In this document: positions 1-12,750 of the stretch, piece by piece
Layout: each line of letters starts with the position of its first letter
How positions within the stretch are numbered: position 1 is the first letter of the stretch
Origin: Octopus vulgaris
Taxonomy: Eukaryota
Reading direction: 5' to 3'
Assembly: GCA_951406725.2 (NCBI GenBank)
Contig: OX597838.1
Location: forward strand, 23,064,001-23,128,000
Length of the DNA stretch: 64,000 nucleotides
Notes under the pieces: model-generated
Seen by the model: the letters and a program-made list of their open reading frames with translations, nothing else
What the model was told of the DNA's origin: nothing
Databases searched by the model: none
Program-made: the position numbers and the translations under genes

Positions 1-265
1 CACACACACACCAACCATCAAATACACACACACACACACACCAACCATCAAATACACACACACACACACCAACCATCAAATATACACACACACACACACC
101 AACCATCAAATACACACACACACACTCACCAACCATCAAATACACACACACCAGCCATCAAATACACACACACATACACACATCCCAATCATCAAATACA
201 CACACACACACACCAACCATCAAGTACACACACACACACACACACACCAACCACCAAATACACGC
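1..265. repeat. Compound repeat CCAACCATCAAATA(CA)n, ~9 units
   Basis: Direct reading. Confidence 0.93.
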
Positions 266-293
266 GCACGCCTGCGCATTACTGAGAACTTAC

Positions 294-629
294 CATCTTA
301 TGCTCGGCCTGTCTCTGGTAATTTCGGGGTTCAAACATCGATCGGGGTCGTGCACTTCCGGGCATTCGTTTCAGATCGGCCGGGGAAGACGATGCAGACA
401 GTCGTAGGCCAGCCCCGCCTACACTACCACCACCACCACCACCAACACCGCCTCCACCTGCTCCGTTCAGAAGGAAGCCACCGGCAGGCAAGTTATTGTT
501 GATGTTGTTGTTGTTGATGTTGTTATTGTTGTTGTGACTGCCACCACTGCCCCTACTACCACCTCCAATGCCACCGCCGCTTGACTTGTCCTGCTTCAAC
601 AAAGAATTCTCTTCAACCAAGCTGTTCAC
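294..629 (-). CDS. GIT: GIT exon: end of coiled coil (VNSLVEENSLLKQ), Gly/Asn low-complexity linker, ARPRSMFEPRNYQRQAEHKM
   Basis: tttcag|GTG ... ATG|gtaagt, 336 nt, phase 0 to 0, open frame. Confidence 0.9.
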
Positions 630-732
630 CTGAAACGGACAAGACACACAGACATAAACATACATGAAGACATTTTGTAGCTTAACCTTCAAAACCAATT
701 CTAAAATTTCTCATGACTTTTAATCTTTTAAC

Positions 733-1445
733 ATTTAATATTTGGTCATACCCAGCATTCAATATCCGGCCATACCCAGCATTAAATATCCGGCCATACC
801 CAGCATTAAATATCCGGTCATACCCAGCTTTCAATATCCGGTCATACCCAGCATTCAATATCCAGCCATACCCAGCATTCAATATCCGGCCATACTCAGC
901 ATTCAATATCCGGCCATACTCAGCATTCAATATCCGGCCATACCCAGCTTTCAATATCCAGTCATACCCAGTATTCAGTATCCGGTCATACCCAGCATTC
1001 AATATCCAGTCATACCCAGCTTTCAATATCCGGTCATACCCAGCATTCAATATCCGGTCATACCCAGCATTCAATATCCGGTCATACCCAGCATTCAATA
1101 TCCGGCCATACCCAGCATTCAATATCCGGTCATACCCAGCATTCAATATCCGGTCATACCCAGCATTCAATATCCAGTCATACCCAGCATTCAATATCCA
1201 GTCATACCCAGCATTCAATATCCGGTCATACCCAGCATCCGATATCCAGCCATACCCAGCATTCAATATCCAGCCATACCCAGCATTCAATATCCAGCCA
1301 TACCCAGCATTCAATATCCAGCCATACTCAGCGTTCAATATCCGGCCATACCCAGCTTTCAATATCCGGGCATACCCAGCATTCAATATCCGGCCATACC
1401 CAGCATTCAATATCTGGTCATACCCAGCATTCAATATTTGGTCAT
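733..1445. repeat. 24-bp minisatellite, ~29 copies (consensus CAATATCCGGTCATACCCAGCATT)
   Basis: Direct reading; explains the three overlapping 8-aa-periodic ORFs. Confidence 0.97.
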
Positions 1446-2410
1446 TGGTTTCAAATTTTGGCAAAAGTCCAGCAATTTCGATGTTCAACTGGTCCTTATT
1501 TTATCAACCCTGAAAGGATCAAAGGCAAAGTCAACCTCGGCAAAATTTAAACTCAGAACACGGAAAGAGACAAACCATTCTGCCAGCCCACTGCCTTCAC
1601 ATAGATTCCGAATATTGGTAACAAGGAACAAGAAATCCATGCAATTTGAGTTGAAAGAAAAATTGATAAACACACATCCATCATACTTTTTTGTACTATA
1701 GGCCCAAAGGCTGTAAGAACAGCAGAATCATTAGCACAGCAGACAAAGTGGTTAGCAGCATTTATTCCAATTCTTTGCTTTCTGAGTTCAAACGCCATCA
1801 AAATCAACTTTTACCTTTCATCCCTCTGAATTTAATAAAAAATACCAGTCATTTACTGGGGTCATTGTAATCAACTTGCCCCCTTCCCTGCAAAATCGCT
1901 AGCCTTGAACCCTACAACAGACCAGCATCCCGTTCAGTGGGGTAATGTTGTGAGCTTGGTCACTTAAGCACCATTGGAAATGGGTAACCAGCCCTTATGA
2001 GTCCCAGGGTTTGAGACTAACAAAATATATAGGCTCAAGGCATGAAATTTTGGAGGATGGGAGTGGGGTGGAGGGCTAGTTGCTTGCATCAACCCCAGTT
2101 CTTAACTGGTACTATTTTAGTGACCTTGAATGGCTGAAAGGCAAATTTGGCCCAAGTAGAATTTGAACTCATAACGTAATGAACTGGGAAAAAATGCTAC
2201 TAAGCATTTTCCCTTGATGTGTTAATGACTCTGCCAGCTCTTTGCCTTCTATCATAAATAATACAAGAAATAAACAAAATTTTAATTGAAGACACCCTCC
2301 CCCCACAACTACCACATCTTATTTCCCTCCTCCCACACTATTTAAATCCCCACCCCACCACCCTTTTTTTTGTTTCTGAAGTGAGTGTCATATATTGGAA
2401 TACAACTTAC

Positions 2411-2560
2411 CAACGTCTTCAGACGATTCACCTCGGTGATAAGATCACTCTGTGTCTGCAAAAGCTGTTGAACTCGGCACTCGGAATTGGCCAGAGATTT
2501 CTTCATTTCCAGAAAATCTTCCGTAGACACTGGACCTTCTACCTGTTCTGATGTCATGCT
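2411..2560 (-). CDS. GIT: GIT exon, coiled coil: SMTSEQVEGPVSTEDFLEMKKSLANSECRVQQLLQTQSDLITEVNRLKTL
   Basis: tctcag|AGC ... TTG|gtaagt, 150 nt, heptad pattern like the GIT dimerisation helix. Confidence 0.93.
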
Positions 2561-2899
2561 CTGAGAACAAGAAGTGGAGGGCATGGGAGTAGAGCAAGTG
2601 GCACAACAAAAAATAATCTAGAACATTCAGCATCAAACATCGTCTCAATAATAACCATTGCTTATATCATAAGAATTCATGTAGACTTCTGAGAGAATGT
2701 GAAATAACAGTTTTTGGAATAGTGGATCTTCAAGCACACACGTAAAGCTATAAACAACAGCATGCAAATACAGGGCTGAAAAAATATTTTTGAACAGAAG
2801 TCAGAGGCTGCCCCATCATAGAATAGCAGATGTAGATTCATGCCCCACAGGTAGCCTTCTACCCGACCCCAAAGGTTTCTCTACCCAATATTTACCTGC

Positions 2900-3660
2900 T
2901 ATTATTTATAGCTTTACGTGTGCGCTTTGAGATCAACTATTCCAAAAGCCATTATTGGCAGAATTCTAGTTTAAGCACCCCATATAACCACTCATAGCTT
3001 TCTTTATTTTTTGGACTTTACATAAAATTTTTTGTGAATTTGTGTTCTACACACAGGAATTCGTGTGATTAGGTAAAAAAACAAGCAAAAAATCTTTTTG
3101 TGTGTGTTTGAGATCATATTTTGAAAGCAATAAAAAGTTTAGAAATAAATCTTTTTATGAAGATGCTCAGGGGATTTGAACAACATTGTGTGAGTATGTG
3201 TGAGAATGAGAAAGACTGGAAAACAACAGTAAAAAATGTCAGTGATATTTCAGCATATTCCTCCCTACAGATGTTTCGATAATTCTTACGTAATGCTATT
3301 ATTACATATTTATGAAGAACTATTGTGTCAGAGATTTTTTTTTTAATATGAGTTATACAAATCCATTTCTTATACAAGTTGAAAATTCAAGAGAAGTAAT
3401 GGAAACTTGTTTGTATTCTGCAACTCATATTTCAAAAATCCCTGAGGAAATGATTCTTACAAAACATGTAATAGTATTATGTAAGAATTACTGAAACTGC
3501 TGTAAGAAGGAATATTTTGCAATATCTCTGATATTATTTATAGTTCTTTTAAATGTGTTTTGCTCTGTTTGTGTGTTATAACCTAGACTGCAGTGTATGC
3601 GCCATGAATATGCATCTTATGTGTGGTTTAAGAGTTTAACACAATGTACTATATTGAGCT
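2900..3660 (+). mobile_element. Possible decayed Penelope-like element 3' portion
   Basis: Interrupted frames with fragments such as KTG..QHI..PF..REVME, reminiscent of a PLE GIY-YIG C-terminus, directly followed by a hammerhead-like motif. Boundaries approximate. Confidence 0.4.
3439..3507 (+). ncRNA. Hammerhead-like motif with long stem II
   Basis: CUGAGGA (3442-3448), 11-bp stem 3451-3461/3480-3490, GAAAC-UGCU-GUA (3493-3504); stem I weak. Confidence 0.55.
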
Positions 3661-4231
3661 CTTAATATATCTAGCAATTCATACTTATGCAGCACATCAG
3701 AACATTGTGCGTGAGCGTGCATGCGTGTGTGTGTGTATGTATGTATATATTATATATATATGATTATGATGTGTGTTTATGTATATATATATATATGTAT
3801 GTATGTGTGTATATAAAAATGTACTGAATCTGAGAAAACTATGAATGTTACAACACTCCATTATTTTCTTTTTCTTCAAACATTTGAGGTTACATGCACA
3901 TTTAGAAATCATTATTATTATTATTATTAGTAGTAGTAGTAGTAGTAGTAGTAGTAACAGTAGCAGCAGCATTATTATCATTATCAACAGCAATAGTAGT
4001 AGTAATAGCATTAACAACAGTAGCACTGCAATCAGTAGTAGTACTAGTAGTAGTAGTAGTAGTAATAGTAATACTATTAGTAGTTGCAAGGGTACTAGCA
4101 GCAAAGATGGATATGGGGAGGAATTTGCAATATTTCAAGTCTGCAGAGAAAGAAAGAAAAAACAAAAACTACAGGAATTCTTGAAGTACACCAGTCTTGC
4201 AAACCATTCACTCACATCTACTGTCACCTGT

Positions 4232-4700
4232 TTAACCCTTTCGATACCAACCCGGCTGAAACCAGCTCTGTAGTACAAATTCTTGTTTTCAAAAGTTCTC
4301 AATTAAAATTGTCCACGAAACCTTAGTCACAATTTATGTTCCTAACATTAGCTGAATGACAACTAAGTTATTTTACTAAATTTTTTGTTATATTTAATGC
4401 AATTGAAAGAAACACAGAGCATCTCAACAGAAATATGGTAACAAAAGGGTTAACGTCACCATGATATTTTCAACCCTTTTGATACCAACCCAGCTGAAAC
4501 CAGTTCTGGCTCTGTAGCACAAATGCCTTGTTTTTATAAGTTTTGAATTAAGATCTTCCACCAAACCTTAGTCCACAATCTATGTTCCTAACACTAGCTT
4601 GATGATAACTAAGTTATTTTACTAAATTCTTTGTTATATTTAAAATTAATTGAAAGAAACACAGAGCATCTCAAAAGAAGTACGGTAATGAAAGGGTTAA
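4232..4700. mobile_element. Two adjacent TTAA-type (piggyBac-like) MITEs (4232-4453, ~4470-4700)
   Basis: TTAA-CCCTTT...AAAGGG-TTAA termini and mutually similar bodies. A third copy at 48706-49099 is interrupted by a SINE. Confidence 0.8.
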
Positions 4701-6189
4701 TCTTCAGAAACAAGTGCTAACTTTACGCACACACATACACACTGGGAGACTGGTGTCATTACACACTCAATATTGGAGTAAAAGCACAAATACACATATA
4801 AATGATCAGAGTAAGGACAAACATATGAACATATAAGTAATATACAATCAAACTGAGGAGACACACATTTCCTTGTACAGAATTCATAATATCTGATAAA
4901 CATATAGGCTTAGGAGTGGCTGTGTGGTAAGTAGCTTGCTTACCAACCACATGGTTCCGGGTTCAGTCCCACTGCGTGACATCTTGGGCAAGTGTCTTCT
5001 ACTGTAGCCTCGGGCCGACCAAAGCCTTGTGAGTGGATTTGGTAGACGGAAACTGAAAGAAGCCCATCGTATATATGTATGTGTTTGTGTTTGTGTGTCT
5101 GTGTTTGTCCCCCCAACATCGCTTGACAACCGATGTTGGTGTGTTTATGTCCCCGTAACTTAGCAGTTCGGCAAAAGAGACCGATAGAATAAGTACTAGG
5201 CTTACAAAGAATAAGTCCTGGGGTCAATTTCTTTCACTTAAAAAAAACCCTTTGAGGCGATGCCCCAGCATGGTCACAGTGAAATGATGTGAACAAGTAA
5301 AAGAGTAAAAGAATATATTTATTAGGCTGACCAAAGCCTTGTGAGTGGATTTGGTAGACCGAAACTGAAAGAAGCTCGTTGTATATGTGTGTGTGTGTTT
5401 GTCCCCTTCTGCCACCACTTAACTGTTGCTTACCAACCACATGGTTCCGGGTTCAGTCCCACTGCATGGCACCTTGGGCAAGTGTCTTCTACTATAGCCT
5501 CAGGCTGACTAAAGCCTTGTGAGTGGATTTGGTAGACCGAAACTGAAAGAAGCTCATTGTATATGTGTGTGTGTGTATGTATTTGTCCCCTCTGCCACCA
5601 CTTAACTGTTGCTTACCAACCACATGGTTCCGGGTTCAGTCCCACTGCATGGCACCTTGGGCAAGTGTCTTCTACTATAGTCTCGGGCCGACCAAAGCCT
5701 TGAGTGTGGATTTGGTAGACGGAAACTGAAAGAAGCCCGTCGTATATATGGATATATGTATGTTTGTGTGTCTGTGTTTGTCCCTCCAACATCGCTTGAC
5801 AACCGATGCTGGTATGTTTACGTCCCCGTAACTTAGCAGTTCGGCAAAAGCAAACCGATAGAATAAGTACTAGGCTTACAAAGAATAAGTCCTGGGGTCG
5901 ATTTGCATGGCCACCGTCAAATGACTGAAACAAGTAAAAGAGTAAAAGGAATTGGATGTTGTGTACAAGTGAGAAGAATGAGCAGGGCTGGGCTGGTATG
6001 GACATGTGATGCAGATGGAGGATGGTATTTGGGCTAAAGAAATGGTGATACAGATGCAGGAGATCAGATCAGATGCAACCCATGAATGTCCTGCTGCACA
6101 CAACCTAACTGCCACCAACAATAAGACAGTCGCTTAGGTAGTTGCTTAGTCTGCCTGAAATTTCCTTCAAATCACATACGCAGTGACCA

Positions 6190-6400
6190 GATAGTCACAA
6201 CCATCTTTGCCGGATCTGTTCACTAATTTTTGGCAGGTCCCCATAAAAGCATCTGTTTGTCATTTCACATTTAGGGTCATTCATAGCTTCTTTGTGCAGC
6301 ATCCATTTCTTTGTCAGTGTCCAATATTTCACTGCCATGTAATAGCACCGACTTGACACTTGCAGTGAATTGCTTGATTTTAACAGGCACAGCTTGATCA
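6190..6400 (-). mobile_element. Decayed RTE-like LINE fragment (similar remnants ~30240-30500 +, ~63200-63425 -)
   Basis: SVLLHGSE..WTLT and YGDLPKISEQIRQR fragments in broken frames. Confidence 0.6.
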
Positions 6401-6908
6401 AATGGAATGGCTAAATCTCTCCCTTGGCAAATCCAGGCAAGTCTTAATGTCTTGAAAAGAAAAGGGGGTACCACAAAAGTTTCTTTGTTATTTCCTGGAA
6501 TTTCGGTTCCAACACGAAGACGAAGAACATGAAAATAGCATCTGGGACATTGACTGAAGTTCAATATAGACGAGTGACAGACTGGACATCCAAGGCAGAT
6601 TGGGACAAAAAAATAACAGCAACAACAATGACAACAACAACAACAAAAACAACAACAGTAACAGCAGTTGTAGCAGCAATAATGACAATATGGCTCACTT
6701 AAAGGAACTGTTGGTTGAGTCTAAATGGATGTATAACACAAAAACTACTAACAGTAGTAGTGATAGCAGAATTCATATTTAACTATTGCCCCCATCTGTC
6801 AATCACACACGGAGTTCCATATTCCATTATTCAAAACCATCTGGTCTAGAAAATAGTGGGGGTGATATCTACAACATCTCTTTCTCTCTCTCTCTCACCT
6901 TATGTGTA

Positions 6909-6957
<49 letters not shown>

Positions 6958-9464
6958 ATATATATAGGTGCAGGCATGGCTGTGTGGCAAGTAGCTTGCT
7001 TCCCAACCACATGGTTCTGGGTTCAGTCCCACTGCGTAACACCTTGGGCAAGTGTCTTCCACTATAGCCTCAGACCAACCGAAGCCTTGTGAGTGGATTT
7101 GGTAGACGGAAACTGAAAGAAGCCTGTCATATATATGTATGTATGTAATTGATGTTGATGTGTTTATATCCTTGCAACTTAGCGGTTCGACAAAAGAGAC
7201 CAATAGATGAAGTACTAGGCTTACAAAGAATAAATCCTGGGTTCGATTTATTCGACTAAAGGTGGTGCTCCAGCATGGCCATAGTCAAATGACCGAAACA
7301 AGAATATATGTATCACATCATGTAAAAGCATTTGTGTGGTGCCATGAAAAAGCACCCATGCAGTGCCATGTAGAAGCACCCTGCACATTTTGTAAAGTGG
7401 TTGGTGATAGGAAGGGCATCCAGTTGTAGAAACTGGTGCAGCTCCCAGCTTGCCAACCCTGGTCAAACCATCCAACCCAACAGATATTAAATGATGACAA
7501 TGTATGCATGTATATTTATCTGGTTCAAGGTCAATCGCTTGCTACTCTGACCTTCAACTGTGGATGCAAGTTACAACTTGAGAGCAAGGAGGAGGGGAGA
7601 GAGAGAGAGAATGTAAATGCACATACACACAGCTACATGTTCAAAGCTAATGATTTAGTCCATCTTTACACGGGGGTCCTGGGTATGTGATATCTTTCAG
7701 GTGATATGAAGATGGAAGTGGGATTCCAGAAAGCAATCAGCTCATAGTAGTGACAAAGTGAATCATCAGTTTTAAATGAATAAATGAAATTCCACGGCAG
7801 GTATTCAGAACTCACTCACACACACACACACGCATACCTACCTACATACATACGGGACTACTATCCATTTCTAATATAAAAAGAGGGTATTTGATATGTT
7901 TGTTTTTGTATGTTGAAACAAAATCCATGAGAGAGAGAGAAAAAGAGAAAGAGTGAAAGGGAGAGATATTAAGATAGAGAAAGTAAACAAAAAATGAGAT
8001 CAAAAAAGAGCAAAAGAAAGAGAATGAGAGAGAAAGGAGAAATGAAAGAGAGCAAAGAGAATGAAAGAGGGAAAAGAGGAATGAAGGAGAGAAAGGAAAA
8101 GAAAGAGATAAGAAAAATGAAAGAGAAAGATCTTACTCAAACATGTCAATCATTATTTGTCCAGAAAGAAGTAGGAAGAATGCAAGGGACACACTGACAC
8201 ACAATATCAGCCTGTCTTTCACATTCCCTCACATTTTGCATGGCTTAGTGGAGGGAGTAACTGACCATTTGGACAAGAAGGTCACCGAAACCTGGTTGAG
8301 ATGAGGCATGGATAACATTTTTTGAGAACTGAGTCACACGAGACATGGCTCATTATCAGACAGGCGGCACTACTGAAACTTCCAAGGTTAATTTCCTGTT
8401 AGGCGTGCCACTCAGAAAGTCCCACAAGCCGTGGACGGTCAATGATTGGCTTAGGCAAAAATGAAGAATAAGATTTTACAAAATTAAACATGGACGTAAA
8501 CTAGAGAGATGAATGAAAAAAATTTTTAAAGACGAACAAAACCTAACGATTACACCATGTAACAAAATTTTATTTATTTTTTTGGTCTTGTCTTTGGTCA
8601 GTAAGTGTTGTTTCCTATTTGCTTCTATCTAGAAATCAAAGGAAATCACTACTATTCCCTTTAAACTTTGCTTTTCTGACCTGGGCATCAATGCTTTTGA
8701 AACTAACCTATTTCCCATTACATTTCAGACAGATCCAGTGCTGAGTTGCTGAAGCAGAAATATTGTTATAGCAAATATTCCACTCAGTACCACAGATTTG
8801 CTTGTTAGTTGCTTGACCGTAGCCATTTGAGCCACTCTCTTAGTGGCTGACAATATGTGCATCTCTGATGATGAGCAGAAGTAGTGGGGGGAGCATCAGA
8901 GCATATGTTGAGAGGGATTTTAAGGGGTTTGAATAAATATCATAACAAAAGCAAAGTTTGAAGGACACATTAGCCGTTTTTCATATTTTGTAGGGTGAAG
9001 CCTATAGGAAATAACAGTTGCTACCCAAGGACCAAAATCATGTTACACAGTGTTATTAAAAATCCCAACTTCCCTCCACTGATCAAAAACTAAAGGAAAT
9101 ATTTTGAAAAGCAAATTCCAAGACATAAAAGGGGTGAGGGAAGAGGAAGAAGATGAAGAAAGAGAACAAGATGGAGAGGGAAGGTGGTTGAAGGAGCAAG
9201 AAAGACTAAGCAAGTTAAAGGGAAAGAGATAGAGTAAGCAAATAAAGACAGGGAGAATAGGCAGAGGGAGTAAGCAAATGAAGAGAGGGGAGAAGGCAGA
9301 AGAGAGAGAGAGAGGAGTAGAAGAAAAACTAGTGAGGATGAGAAAGGGAAGAAGAGAGAGAGAGAGAGAGAGCTCTGTGTGTGTGTGTGTGTTAGCAAGA
9401 AGCGGCCATGCACAGCATTGCACAGACACGCATTCGTACGTACGGAAACCTGTACACATCTCAC

Positions 9465-9518
9465 CTCCGTAAACGACACAATTGAAGTAGGGGTCATTTC
9501 ACGACGAATGATCCGAGA
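9465..9518 (-). CDS. GIT: Candidate alternative cassette exon of GIT: SRIIRREMTPTSIVSFTE
   Basis: Pyrimidine-rich ccatttctcag acceptor, GAG|gtgaga donor, 54 nt, phase 0-0 in a phase-0 intron, unique sequence among repeats. Confidence 0.6.
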
Positions 9519-9709
9519 CTGAGAAATGGTGGTGACGAGAGATGGAACAAATAAAATATAAAGAAACAAACGAAAAAAAAAATTAAAACATAAAATATAA
9601 TAGAATCGAAATAACAAATTTAAACAGAAATAAATAAAATTTAAAATATAAAAAAAAATTCATAAACAAAAAAAAACCAAACAAAACGAAAAATTGCTAA
9701 AGAAAATGA

Positions 9710-9758
<49 letters not shown>

Positions 9759-9930
9759 CATAATTTAGGGTATAAATCATAAATATAAATCATAATTTAG
9801 GGTATCTAAGAGATACCGCCACGCTGGAAATAGCAGCCAAAATTTTAATAATAATTATTACCTCTGAAAGTTTTTATTCCCATGTGGCCACTTGATAAGA
9901 TCGATATTTAAATTAACGATCTTATCCTTA

Positions 9931-9966
<36 letters not shown>

Positions 9967-10213
9967 AACAAATCAAATTGCGATAAAATAAAAATAATTA
10001 TAATCGCTGGTATTACTAACACAAGCCATATATTTTTCATATATCAGTACATTAAGGCGAAATATGTGCTAGGAATACAGAAGCTTGATAAATTAAGTGA
10101 AATGAAGATAAAAACATTTACTAAACCAGTAATTCTCAGACTGCAGTTTCTTTCTTTTCAGCAATAAAGATAATTTATTTGCTCAGGGAGAATTCTTCAG
10201 TGAGACCCTGTTT

Positions 10214-10322
<109 letters not shown>

Positions 10323-10975
10323 CGATACAAAAATCTGACCAACAAAGGTCAAAGAATCATGAAGGTGTACATACCATTGGCTTTTGAATGTTGTGTTCAT
10401 GTATTCACCTAATGAAAATAGTTTTTTCTAATGATGTCATGTCTCCCATCAATTAAAAATTCAGAGGAAACAGCTGAAGAGAATTGACACATTATCCATC
10501 TGTTCTTATTTATTTATATATACCTTCAAAAGGGTCACACCTTTGAACATCTCATGAGGTTGGTGATTTTGTGTGACTTTTTGAGTTATATTTTCTTACC
10601 TCTTATTTCTAGCAATTGTCAGTGCTATTTTACACCCTCATTCTACCTTTTTGACTTTTAGTTGCTTTAGCCACCTATAACGTATTTAATATATTGTTAT
10701 AGTATGTGTGTATGTGTGTGTTCCACCATCATTTGACAACCAATGTTGGTGTATTTACATCCCCATAACTTAGCGGTTTGGCAAAAGATATGGATAGAAT
10801 AAGTACTAGGCTTACAAAGAATAAGTCCTGAGGTCGATTTCTTCAACTAAAAAAAACAAAAAACGCTCTAATGTGGTGCTCCAGCATGGCCGCAGTCGAA
10901 TGACTGAAACAAGTAAAAAAGTAAAAGAATCTATTCACATCCACTCAAGCTGTCGTCTCCCTGACACACACTTAC

Positions 10976-11154
10976 ATCTGCTGGTCGGTCTTTCTTCCCT
11001 TCTTCCTTGGCACTTTTGATGCTCTGGGTGTCTATACTGCTGTAGTCTTCATCGGAAGCTACGCTGTCATACAAAGGCTCATCATCACTGGAAACCTGGC
11101 TGTAACCCCTTGAACCCCGTGTAGGGGCTGTCATTATGGCAGATGAACGGCCAC
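10976..11154 (-). CDS. GIT: GIT exon with conserved tyrosine motif: GRSSAIMTAPTRGSRGYSQVSSDDEPLYDSVASDEDYSSIDTQSIKSAKEEGKKDRPAD
   Basis: ttccag|GT ... GAT|gtaagt, 179 nt; YDSVASDED motif as in vertebrate GIT. Confidence 0.95.
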
Positions 11155-12048
11155 CTGGAAGGGAGAAAAAAAAAAACAAACATGAATTATGAAGTAGAAA
11201 CAGTTTTTACAAGAATGGTCCTTTAACATTGAAACTTTTAAGGAAGTTGTTGATGATCTTTAGCTTTAGGTCAGCCCTGATCAAGCAGACCAACAATCAA
11301 AAGAGGAAGATTTGGCTGTTATTGAAGGTCTCTTTGAAGGCATATAGCTCAGTGGTTAGAGTGTCGAGCTCATTTACCTGAGGTAGTGAGTTCGATTCCC
11401 AGACCAGGCTCTGTGTTATGTTCTTGAGCAAAACACTTTATTCAGCATTACTCCAGTTCACTCAGCTGTAGAAATGAGTTTCAGCATCACTGGTGCTAAG
11501 CTGTACCGACCCCTTTTGCTTTTCCCTTGGATAACAACAGTGGTATGGAAAGGGGAGGCTGGTATGCATGGGCAACTGCTGATTTTCCATGAACAACCTT
11601 GCCCAAACTTGTGCCTCAGAGAGTAGCTTTCTAGGTTCAATCCCATGGTCATTCATGACCGAAGGGGTCTTTACCTTATTCTACCTTTTTGGCTATAACG
11701 TATTTAATATATTGTTATAGTATCTTATTGTATGCATGTGTGTATGTGTGTGTATGTTCCATGGAGCCTTAACAGCTGAAGGGCTGTTAAGGCTCCATGT
11801 CTTTTTAGTCAACTCTAATAAATGGATGGGTGACATAAAGAAGATGAGTGTCATGGTATCACTGAATGTCCAAGTGCCATGCAGTAGGACTGAAACCAGA
11901 ACCATGTGGTTGGCAAATAATTTTATTCGCACAGCACACCTGTGCCATCGGCTTTTGAAATGTATTTCTCTCTTTGAAGGAGTGTCTAAGATTGATGATG
12001 ATGATGTTTTGTGATGACAAACATAAACATGAAATGTATAAAACTTAC

Positions 12049-12175
12049 TGGGCTCTTTAGGGTTAATAATCATGGAAGCCGTGGTTCCCATTTGTCTCCT
12101 CTTGGCATCACTTAAAATATCGATGATCAGCGTTACAAATTCTCGTGGGTTGAAGCGAGCAAGTTTTTGGCGACC
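12049..12175 (-). CDS. GIT: GIT exon, Spa2-homology repeat 2: GRQKLARFNPREFVTLIIDILSDAKRRQMGTTASMIINPKEP
   Basis: actcag|GGT ... A|gtaagt, 127 nt; GRQKLARFNxxEFxTLxIDILSDAKRRQ signature. Confidence 0.97.
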
Positions 12176-12272
12176 CTGAGTAACATGAAAGAAACAGAAA
12201 AATAAGTGTCAAGTTTTGAAGTTATTTTGCTTGAAATTTCTGCCAATGGGACAGGTAGGTAGAGAGAGAGAA

Positions 12273-12303
<31 letters not shown>

Positions 12304-12658
12304 GATGGATGGAGAAAGAGGGGGAATGCACACAGGGAAAGATAGAAAATAGAGAAAAAGAGAGGAGGAGAGAGATGGGAGAAAAGACAGGGGAAATGGG
12401 GAGGAGAGGAAGGGCAAGAATAGAGGGAGAGGAGATGGGGAAAGGTGAGAAGAAGGTGTATTTTATATATATACTAGACAAAAAACACGACACATACACA
12501 CAACAACCTTGACATATGTACACCTGAGAGGCATGTGTGTGCGCAGACACACACAAGACAAAGCCATATGGCAATGGTACCACATACATACACATGCACA
12601 CATACACACACACACACAAAAGCCAAAAAAATGGGGAAAAGTAAAAGAAAGCCCTTAC

Positions 12659-12750
12659 TTGGTTCCTTGTAGTGGAAAATTCTGGATTGACTGGTAAAAA
12701 GGGTATTGTAACCCCTATAGTGGAACTATGTTCATTTGATGAGACCCAAA
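12659..12750 (-). CDS. GIT: GIT exon: (I)WVSSNEHSSTIGVTIPFLPVNPEFSTTRNQ
   Basis: caacag|TT ... CAA|gtaagg, 92 nt; PFLPVNPExSxTRNQ motif. Confidence 0.95.

Noticed and set aside
682-1701. Three overlapping 266-319 aa ORFs
   Set aside because: Translations of a 24-bp intronic minisatellite.
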